In this document: one piece after another, positions 28,464 to 35,792 of the stretch
How positions within the stretch are numbered: position 1 is the stretch's first letter
Layout: each line of letters opens with the position of its first letter
DNA from: Candidatus Omnitrophota bacterium
GTDB lineage: Bacteria; Omnitrophota; Gorgyraeia; 2-01-FULL-45-10
DNA length: 64,000 nt
Reading direction: 5' to 3'
Assembly (NCBI GenBank): GCA_028715345.1
Contig: JAQUSB010000005.1
Location: 10,042 to 74,041 of the forward strand
The notes under the pieces: model-generated
Seen by the model: the letters and a program-made list of their open reading frames with translations, nothing else
Database searches by the model: none
Told to the model about the DNA's origin: nothing
Made by a program: the position numbers and the translations under genes

Positions 28464-29270
28464 ATGACGATTTGTATAGGTGCATTGTGTGATCAAGGTA
28501 AAAATTGCATTGTGGCGGCAGATAGGGAGATCACCGCCCCCGGTCTTAGCTTAGAATTTGATCATGAAAAGAAAATAGAACCGTTAACCGATTCTTGCGT
28601 AGTAATGTCGGCGGGAGATTCGCTTCTTGCTGCTGAAGTTATAGAAAAAACACGCTCCATCGTTACTGGCAAGTCCGGCGCTACTATTCGACAGATCGCT
28701 GAAGCGTTGAAGAATGTTTATTTTCAGGTTCATACTGAAAGGGCAGAAAACGTTATTCTACGGCCGCGCGGCCTTACTTTGGCAGAGTATAAACAAAATG
28801 GCGCGCAGCAAATTCCTTTACAGGCATATATGAACATAGACAATCTTTTCTGGACCTTCGGTATTAATGTAGTTGAGTTCATCATAGCTGGCGTTGATTC
28901 CACAGGAGCGCATCTTTTTAGAATATATTATTCTGGTATAGCTGGTGGAAACTGGTTGGAATGGTGCGATAGGATTGGCTTTAGGGCGATAGGTTCCGGT
29001 GCGTTGCATTCAGCAATATTACTTTCTCTCGACGGTCAGCATAAAAATACGGCGCTTGAGCAAACGATATACAATATTTATTCTGCAAAAAAGAGCGCTG
29101 AAGTAGCACCTGGAGTCGGCCCATCTACCGACATAGCTGTTATAACTTCTTCCAAGGTAGATTTTCTTTCTACGACGGCGATCGACAAGCTTTCAACCGT
29201 TAGATGCGAAGCTCTGAAAAATAGACTAGTAAATTCTGAAAAAATAAAAGGAATTTATGAATCAAGATAA
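28464..29270 (+). CDS. proteasome beta-subunit/HslV-like N-terminal nucleophile (Ntn) hydrolase
   Basis: Thr immediately after Met ('MTICIGAL'), 'CIVAADREIT' (Asp17 equivalent), a Lys about 33 and 'AIGSGALHSA' (the GSG motif of the T1 peptidase family). Confidence 0.55.
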   Translation: MTICIGALCDQGKNCIVAADREITAPGLSLEFDHEKKIEPLTDSCVVMSAGDSLLAAEVIEKTRSIVTGKSGATIRQIAEALKNVYFQVHTERAENVILRPRGLTLAEYKQNGAQQIPLQAYMNIDNLFWTFGINVVEFIIAGVDSTGAHLFRIYYSGIAGGNWLEWCDRIGFRAIGSGALHSAILLSLDGQHKNTALEQTIYNIYSAKKSAEVAPGVGPSTDIAVITSSKVDFLSTTAIDKLSTVRCEALKNRLVNSEKIKGIYESR

Positions 29271-29463
29271 TGCGATTAATATTGCTAATGTAATAACAAA
29301 CACAAGATATTGTCAGAATGATGATTATTATAATCTCTTTTTAAGGGCCACAGAGATCGACCTGGAAAGCATAAAGGTTGCCCTGCGAACGGGGACGATA
29401 ATTGATCTTATTAGCCCTTCGCTTAAAGAAATACTTAACGAGAAAGCGAATCAGGACTTCTAA
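29257..29463 (+). CDS. hypothetical small protein (68 aa)
   Basis: ORF overlaps the preceding gene by 14 nt in an operonic arrangement. No motifs recognised. Confidence 0.3.
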   Translation: MNQDNAINIANVITNTRYCQNDDYYNLFLRATEIDLESIKVALRTGTIIDLISPSLKEILNEKANQDF

Positions 29464-29520
29464 TTTATTGCAGGCCTTTGTTTTATTGACATCCCATCCC
29501 CATAGGTTTACAATGGCCAC

Positions 29521-30234
29521 ATGGACGGTACCAAGGCTCTCATAGACCTCGAAAACCCGAAAAGCATTGCAGAGCTACTTCGCGAACCTACCATAAAGAT
29601 ATCCGAATTCCTTACCGGGCTGATCATTTCAGATAAGAACGACTATAAATTATCTGCTGGCCACCTGGTCCAGGCGGCGATAAAGTGTAACCTTTTACAG
29701 CAATTTGGCCGCGAGATAAAGCACTACCGCGAAAAAGGCAAGATCAAAGAGGACTTTTTCTCAACCGATAAGCAGCGCGCTACATTGCGAGAGTTGCTCG
29801 AGTTCATAGATAAAGAAGCACCGGATGAGGATCGTTTCAAGGCTATGAAGTCGATATTTTTTGCAACAATTTCAAAAGATTCCACTGGCCCTGATGAAAT
29901 ACTCGGATACGAGCTCATGCAGATATGTAAAAAATTAACAAGCAATGACGTAGTTCTTTTAAAAACGGCTTATAGTGTTTACATTGGTGGAAGTTCTGCC
30001 CCCATAGAGGAAACTACAAGGCCGCGCGAAGCGACGGCATGGTTCAATATCATTGCAGAAAAAATAGGCCATAAGTTACCGGCGTTAGCCGAATTAAGTG
30101 AGCAAAACTTAATGGATCTTAAGTTAATAGGAAGGCGGCGCTATCCCGACGGGAGCGGGCTTTATAATCAAGAATCGTTTCGTTTGACAGATTTAGGAAT
30201 TAAGCTATGCGAATTTATTACTGAATATCAATAA
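29521..30234 (+). CDS. hypothetical protein (237 aa)
   Basis: Uninterrupted ORF with AT-rich codon usage matching the island. No motifs recognised. Confidence 0.45.
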   Translation: MDGTKALIDLENPKSIAELLREPTIKISEFLTGLIISDKNDYKLSAGHLVQAAIKCNLLQQFGREIKHYREKGKIKEDFFSTDKQRATLRELLEFIDKEAPDEDRFKAMKSIFFATISKDSTGPDEILGYELMQICKKLTSNDVVLLKTAYSVYIGGSSAPIEETTRPREATAWFNIIAEKIGHKLPALAELSEQNLMDLKLIGRRRYPDGSGLYNQESFRLTDLGIKLCEFITEYQ

Positions 30235-30315
30235 AGTGAACGTCATAAAGGGTATGGTATGAGTTCTGACAAATAATATAGGTAAACTGAGCAACTCCAG
30301 AGAGGGGTTGCTTTT

Positions 30316-31095
30316 TTGTTGGAGAACTTAATGGCAGATTGCAAATCTTGCGGTTACTGGATTCCTGACGGTGCTAAGAAGTGCGCGCATTGCGGCGCCG
30401 ATATTAGTCTTACGAAGCCACAAATAGCGTGGAAATGGGTATCGTTTATCACGAATCTCGGTGCGATTGCTGCAAGCTTTGCGACATGCGTGATGGCTAT
30501 TGTCATGCTTGCTCAGAGTTCATCCATGGAAAAGCAGTCGATTTCGCTCGAGGAACAGACACAAGCCTTAAAGGTCCAGGCCGCCTCTATTAAAGCTCAA
30601 ACGAAGATCCTCCAAAAGAATTTTGAACTCGAGTATATTCCGGTTATAAAAATAGGAGCGGTAGCTTTTAATTACATACCATATAGCGACCGTCCGGACC
30701 ATCGCCTGGTGATGATGTATTTTATAGTACCTATAGAAAATAAACACGGCTTCGCGGAAAATATAAAAATAATTAAGAAAGAGATCGTTCTATTGAGAGG
30801 TACATTTAACCTTCAAAACGCGGAATGTATGCGCGGTCCTTTAGTAGAACGCCCCTTTGAATTGTCGTCTGGGCAAATCAAATACGACACAATAAAGATC
30901 GATGAAGAAGCGCCCAATTTTGAAAAGGTTATGGAAGGGAAAGAAGCCTTTATTCTCGAATATAAAATAGAATATGAAGCATTGCCGGGAGTAGTTAAGG
31001 GTAGCTATATTTATAACTATGTTATAAAATTCAGTGGAGGGCGGCAAGAGGTTATTACTGAAAATACTATACCTCCAAAGGAGACAGCACAATGA
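30316..31095 (+). CDS. Zn-ribbon membrane protein with coiled-coil
   Basis: N-terminal 'CKSCGYWIPDGAKKCAHCG' (CxxC...CxxC) and a TM helix 'VSFITNLGAIAASFATCVMAIVML'. Coiled-coil 'EEQTQALKVQAASIKAQTKILQK'. Confidence 0.45.
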   Translation: MLENLMADCKSCGYWIPDGAKKCAHCGADISLTKPQIAWKWVSFITNLGAIAASFATCVMAIVMLAQSSSMEKQSISLEEQTQALKVQAASIKAQTKILQKNFELEYIPVIKIGAVAFNYIPYSDRPDHRLVMMYFIVPIENKHGFAENIKIIKKEIVLLRGTFNLQNAECMRGPLVERPFELSSGQIKYDTIKIDEEAPNFEKVMEGKEAFILEYKIEYEALPGVVKGSYIYNYVIKFSGGRQEVITENTIPPKETAQ

Positions 31096-31140
31096 AAAAG
31101 ATGATATCTGTATTAATGATTTGCCTATTCATGTCCGGCC

Positions 31141-31216
31141 CGTATCTTTTTAAGTACCATAAGGCATTTCTTGCGAGGTGCTTCTTTTTAAGCCATGTTA
31201 TCGAAAGATAAGGAGT
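31141..31216. repeat. 76-bp duplicate of an internal yraN segment (about 93 % identity to 33519..33594)
   Basis: Aligned by eye with 5 mismatches. The 33519 copy is in frame within yraN and encodes 'GPPYLSITWLKKKHLVRNALWYLKRY'. The 31141 copy is intergenic. Confidence 0.75.
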
Positions 31217-31230
31217 TAGGATAGATTAGT

Positions 31231-31270
31231 AGTAGGGCACCTTTAAAGGTGCCCTACTTTGTGGATAACT
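31231..31270 (+). repeat. REP-like element copy 3 (left flank of RAYT)
   Basis: AGTAGGGCACCTTTAAAGGTGCCCTACTTTGTGGATAACT. Confidence 0.8.
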
Positions 31271-31273
31271 TTA

Positions 31274-31778
31274 CTAATCTATCGGGTCTATCCCTAAAGC
31301 ATTCCTATTGTTGCCGAAGTAATGATCATAACTGGAATATGGATAATCTCCAGGTGATACGGCAATGTTTTTGCGGATAGGATTATTATGTATATATTCT
31401 ATTTTTTGCATTAACATTCTCGTATCTCTTATGCCCTCATCGTAAAAACGTTTTTGCCATACCTGTCCGCTGATATTGCTTAACTTATTATACTTTCTTG
31501 CAAAACTTCCTTTTTATCATCCGCATTATGTACGATAAGTCATATTTTCCGACAGGGCGTAGTATGAGATGCAAATGGTCGGGCATTATGCAGTAAGCAT
31601 ATATTTTATAGTCTAAAATCAGTTTGTAATATTCGATCGTTATCAAAAGAATTCGACACATTTTATCATCTTTAAATATAGGGTAGCGTTCTTGTGCTAT
31701 AGTTGTCACGAAATACGAATACCCTGCTTCGAAATGACGTTTAATATTTCCCATGAAAAGCCTCCGAGTTATCCACAA
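31274..31778 (-). pseudogene. REP-associated tyrosine transposase (RAYT / IS200-like Y1 HUH), frameshifted
   Basis: N-terminal frame (31488..31778) has 'YSYFVTT' and the HuH motif 'PDHLHLIL'. A different frame (31274..about 31490) encodes 'GQVWQKRFYDEGIRD...EYIHNNPIRK...YPYSSY' with the catalytic Tyr region. Confidence 0.7.
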
Positions 31779-31808
31779 TGTAGGTCACCCTTAAGGGTGA
31801 CCTACATA
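31768..31808 (-). repeat. REP-like element copy 4 (right flank of RAYT, inverted)
   Basis: GTTATCCACAATGTAGGTCACCCTTAAGGGTGACCTACAT. Confidence 0.8.
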
Positions 31809-31845
31809 TAATCAAAACAATATACATAACGATAGTTGTATATTC

Positions 31846-33375
31846 TTACCCCCACAAATTCCTATCCAGGCTCCTGTATGAGATCGCTTCCGATATGTGA
31901 TGAGCTTCGATGATCTCTTTTCCGTCGAGATCAGCGATGGTGCGGGCTACTTTCAGTATCTTGTCGTAAGCTCTCGCCGAGATGCCGAGCTCGAGGATGG
32001 CGAGCTTCAGTAATTCCTCGCTCTCTTTATCGAGAACGCAGTATTTTTCCAGTTCTTTCGATTCCAGGTGGGCATTGAAATAAACGCGGTCATTTTTATA
32101 CCGCGCTTTCTGGACTTCGCGGGCTGAGTCTACGCGTTTGCGTATCTCTTCCGAAGGCTCGCCCCGGCGCTTGTCGGTGAGGTTTTCCAGTTTCAGCCGC
32201 GGGACCTCGAGGTGCATGTCTATCCTGTCGAGAAGCGGGCCGGATATCTTCGATAGATAATTCTGTATCTGGAAAGGGGAGCAGTGGCATTCGCGTTTCG
32301 GATCGGTAAAATAACCGCACGGGCAGGGGTTCATCGCGGCTACGAGCATAAATTTAGACGGGTAAGTAAGCCGATTTGAAACCCTGGAAATGGTAATAGA
32401 ACCTTCTTCGAGTGGTTGGCGCATTACTTCGAGGACGTTACGTTTAAACTCGGGCAGCTCGTCTAAGAACAGCACGCCGTTATGGGCGAGCGATATCTCG
32501 CCCGGCATCGGGTTCGGCCCCCCGCCGACCAATGCAGCGTCGGAAATAGTATGGTGAGGCGAGCGGAACGGCCTTGTCAGCATTAAACCTTTATTCGGCG
32601 GTAAGAGCCCGGCGACGCTCTGTATCTTGGACGTCTCTAAACTTTCCTCGAGCGTCATATCGGAAAGTATGGTAGGCAGGCGCTTGGCAAGCATACTCTT
32701 GCCCGAGCCGGGCGGGCCTATCAATAAAACATTATGGCCGCCCGCGGCGGCGACTTCGAGGCCGCGCTTCACGTGCTCCTGGCCCTTCACATCGTTAAAG
32801 TCGACCCTGTATCTTGCGGCCCGCTTCATGACGGTCTCCGTGCTGCATTTTTGCGGGGCCTGGATCCTGCCGTTCAGGAAATCTATCACGTCTTTCAGCG
32901 ATTCCATAGGGTAGACGCCGATATCGTCCACGACGGCCGCTTCTTTGGAATTTACTTTAGGAAGGATGAATTTTTTCCTGCCCGTCTTTTTCAGGGCCAT
33001 CGCTATCGGCAAAGCGCCTTTAATGGGCTTCAGTTTACCGTCGAGCGAAAGTTCGCCGCAGAAGACGAAATCGGATAAAAGGGAAGAGTCGGCCACGCCT
33101 TCCGTAGCGAGAATGGATAGCGCTATAGGCAGGTCGAACGACGAGCCCTCTTTCTTTATGTCGGCGGGCGCCAAGTTCACGGTGATCTTTTTCGCCGGGA
33201 ACGAATAGCCGGAATTCTTTATGGCCGATTTTATCCTGTCGCGCGATTCCTTTACGGCGGTATCCGGTAATCCCACTATATTTATGCCGGGCAGGCCTCC
33301 TCCGGTATCTGTCTCTACGATCACTTCATGAGCTTCGACGCCTATGACGCAGCTCGAAAATATCTTCGCGATCAC
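31846..33375 (-). CDS. comM: YifB/ComM family Mg-chelatase-like AAA+ ATPase
   Basis: N-terminal Lon-like S5 fold, Walker A 'GPPGSGKS', and a C-terminal ChlI-like domain. 509 aa. Confidence 0.8.
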   Translation of the reverse strand: MIAKIFSSCVIGVEAHEVIVETDTGGGLPGINIVGLPDTAVKESRDRIKSAIKNSGYSFPAKKITVNLAPADIKKEGSSFDLPIALSILATEGVADSSLLSDFVFCGELSLDGKLKPIKGALPIAMALKKTGRKKFILPKVNSKEAAVVDDIGVYPMESLKDVIDFLNGRIQAPQKCSTETVMKRAARYRVDFNDVKGQEHVKRGLEVAAAGGHNVLLIGPPGSGKSMLAKRLPTILSDMTLEESLETSKIQSVAGLLPPNKGLMLTRPFRSPHHTISDAALVGGGPNPMPGEISLAHNGVLFLDELPEFKRNVLEVMRQPLEEGSITISRVSNRLTYPSKFMLVAAMNPCPCGYFTDPKRECHCSPFQIQNYLSKISGPLLDRIDMHLEVPRLKLENLTDKRRGEPSEEIRKRVDSAREVQKARYKNDRVYFNAHLESKELEKYCVLDKESEELLKLAILELGISARAYDKILKVARTIADLDGKEIIEAHHISEAISYRSLDRNLWG

Positions 33376-33408
33376 TTCTTACTCCTTTCGATCTATGTAA
33401 TAAATTCA

Positions 33409-33786
33409 TTATCCATTATCCTCCACGGCGTTCTCTATCAATTCTATGGATTCAGGGCCGAGCCGGGCGTTCAATTTTATTGACGCGACGTCTATCCGCC
33501 AATCGGTGCCGGACAACCCGTATCTTTTTAAATACCACAGGGCATTTCTTACGAGGTGCTTCTTTTTAAGCCATGTTATAGAAAGATAAGGAGGGCCGAG
33601 AGAAGGGGAGGAACGTGTTTTGACTTCGACGAATATCGCGATACCGTCCTTTCTCGCGACGAGATCTATCTCGCCGAAAGGCGTGCGCACATTTCGGCCC
33701 AGTATATCGCAGCCGCGCTCTTTCAAAAATCTCGCGGCCATCTCTTCGCCGATCTTCCCGATCCTCTTATTCTCCCGGCCCCGCAT
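33409..33786 (-). CDS. yraN: YraN family (UPF0102) endonuclease
   Basis: 'GEIDLVARKDGIAIFVEVKTRSS...GPPYLSIT...KKKHLVRNALWYL' matches the YraN core. Confidence 0.7.
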   Translation of the reverse strand: MRGRENKRIGKIGEEMAARFLKERGCDILGRNVRTPFGEIDLVARKDGIAIFVEVKTRSSPSLGPPYLSITWLKKKHLVRNALWYLKRYGLSGTDWRIDVASIKLNARLGPESIELIENAVEDNG

Positions 33787-33787
33787 C

Positions 33788-34048
33788 TTATCCTCCGTAC
33801 GCTTCCAGGACGACGCGCTCTATCTCGTCCTTTATTTCCCGTTTGAGCGGGAAGACGGTGTTATACCACTTGCCGTCCTTTCCTTCTTCGCGCGGCATGC
33901 TTACGAAAAGCCCGTCTTTGCCTTCTACTACCCTCAGTCCGTTTATGACAAGGCAGTCGAGTATCGACAGGTCGCAGAATGCTTTTGTAGCGCCGGTCCC
34001 GTCCAGTTTGTGCAGACGGGTAACGGTCAGCTTCAGATCTTCTGTCAT
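33788..34048 (-). CDS. spoVG: SpoVG family protein
   Basis: 'LKLTVTRLHKLDGTGATKAFCDLSILDCLVINGLRVVEGKDGLFVSMP' matches SpoVG. Confidence 0.75.
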   Translation of the reverse strand: MTEDLKLTVTRLHKLDGTGATKAFCDLSILDCLVINGLRVVEGKDGLFVSMPREEGKDGKWYNTVFPLKREIKDEIERVVLEAYGG

Positions 34049-34516
34049 CGATATCACCTCCTCTCGCCGCTGAAGACGGTTTTGTGTTTCGCGGTATTGC
34101 ACTTTATTTTAAAATAATTTCAGCGAGCCCCAAAAAACCCAAAGTTAACGATGAAAAAGTCAGTGCAATAGGTATTGCAAATGCTTAATGCGTATGGTAT
34201 TTTTAATATTAGAAGAGGGGCTTAACCTTACGGAGGAAGGGCGGCTCTTCGAGAACCGGAAGCGTCATCCGGTAGTAGGTTGGCGCTACCAAGCTGGTCG
34301 AAGATCGCCGGCGTAATGACGGCCGGGACCTTTAAGAGAAGGCCGAGATCGGGGATCTCGGCACTTAGCCACCAAGTGGCTGAATAAACTTGGAGGCGAA
34401 AGCCTGAAAGCGATCGGCGATGGTTTTCTTTCGGAAAGGTTAAACCGCTTCTTCTGTGGATCCCGGGTTGAAAGACCTGGGATTTTCCATTTATAGGGAG
34501 CCTTCCGGAGTTCTCT

Positions 34517-34951
34517 TTAAAGGCGTGTCTTCATCCGGGAATCGAATCTTTTGATAACTTCCGACGCTTCGTCCTTGCCGCCGTTCTTCCACGCTTCGTG
34601 TATCATGACAAGCATCTTTGTCGACTTGGAATCCGCCACCCACTTCGCGCCCAAAAGCAGAGTAGCCACGAGTAACTGTATGAAGTGGCGGGGGAGGATG
34701 AACGACAGCGCAAATGCAAGTATCGCGAATAGAAGATAAAAATTTATTTTTCCCACGGTTTTTGCCTTTCTCTTTTTAAATTGCTTGACCGATCTATATG
34801 CGGAAACCGCTTTATTCAGGCATTCGGCGCAGGCCGATAAATGTCTCTCGACGGACCTTCTCTCTTCGCAAGACAGAAGCCCGTCCAAGTAATCCGCGAG
34901 CATCACATCCGTCGGATGAGACGCCGCCGTATCTTTTGTCCCGTTTTTCAT
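34517..34951 (-). CDS. anti-sigma factor (zf-HC2) with TM
   Basis: 'HLSACAECLN' zinc finger plus a TM helix. Immediately downstream of the ECF sigma gene. Confidence 0.6.
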   Translation of the reverse strand: MKNGTKDTAASHPTDVMLADYLDGLLSCEERRSVERHLSACAECLNKAVSAYRSVKQFKKRKAKTVGKINFYLLFAILAFALSFILPRHFIQLLVATLLLGAKWVADSKSTKMLVMIHEAWKNGGKDEASEVIKRFDSRMKTRL

Positions 34952-35057
34952 ATTTTATCCCTCGCTATATAGACGGAAAAGCCCGTCGTTTTGTTGCAAG
35001 TTTATTCAGCCACGGGGTTAGCTAAGTGCCGCGAGTTATACGAGCGGCCAAGTTATT

Positions 35058-35636
35058 TCAAAAACCTTTAAGGTCTTTCTTTAATTTATCCTTTGCTCTC
35101 TTTACATGGCTTGCGACCGTGCCCTTCGGCATCCCGAGCATCTCCGATATTTCCCGGTACTCCATCCCGTGCAATAAGTTCAATTTTATGACCAATCGCT
35201 CTTTTTCCGCCAACGACTCAATGGCTTGTTCGATCTTCCCGGCGAGTTCCCTACGTTCAGGCGTTTCGCCTCCGGAGGCGGCAATAGCGTCTTCCGCTTC
35301 CGAGAGCGGGATGAGCCCGAAGCCCCGGCGTGCTTTTTTCCTGCGCATGTGCTCGATCGCGGCGTTCCCCGAGACTATCGCCAGCCAATAAGCTATGCTC
35401 TTCCTGTTCCGGATCTGTTCGAGTTTCCCGCCTGTCCAGATGGAGGCGAGTATATTCTGGCGTATGTCTTCGGTGTCCTCGCATAACGGGTTGAAGCCGT
35501 ATTTTTTCAGGCGGTTGGTTATGGCCGCGGAAATGAGGCCCGTATATTTTTTTACAAGCTTCGCCCACGCGGCGGCATCCTTATTTATGCACGCCTCTAC
35601 AAGAGGCGAATCGTCTTCTATGTGTTCCGGTCGCAT
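35058..35636 (-). CDS. ECF-type RNA polymerase sigma factor
   Basis: Sigma-70 regions 2 and 4, including 'MEYREISEMLGMPKGTVASHVKRAKDKL'. Confidence 0.8.
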   Translation of the reverse strand: MRPEHIEDDSPLVEACINKDAAAWAKLVKKYTGLISAAITNRLKKYGFNPLCEDTEDIRQNILASIWTGGKLEQIRNRKSIAYWLAIVSGNAAIEHMRRKKARRGFGLIPLSEAEDAIAASGGETPERRELAGKIEQAIESLAEKERLVIKLNLLHGMEYREISEMLGMPKGTVASHVKRAKDKLKKDLKGF

Positions 35637-35792
35637 CCGAAGAGGGTATCACGAAATATATAAAAAAGTCAAATACAATTTTATCTTTCATCAAATAAAA
35701 GGAAGCCTTCGACCTCGGGGGCGGATTTGACATATGTTATAAAAGATAGTATACTCTTTATTACCGGATATTATGATATAAAGGATAATTAT

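Larger units (their letters stand above)
27190..31810. other. low-GC accessory island bounded by REP elements (six-gene + strand operon plus RAYT)
   Basis: Visibly AT-rich versus flanks, with AT-biased codons. REP copies sit at 27187, 31231 and 31768. A yraN fragment scar lies at 31141. Confidence 0.55.

Noticed and set aside
34103-34516. Tested for SRP RNA (CCGGAAGG...AGCAGC), RNase P (AGGAAAGUCCGGGCUCC, ACAGAACCCGGCUUA) and tmRNA motifs on both strands.
   Set aside because: None of the conserved motifs is present. Kept only as an unexplained structured intergenic region.
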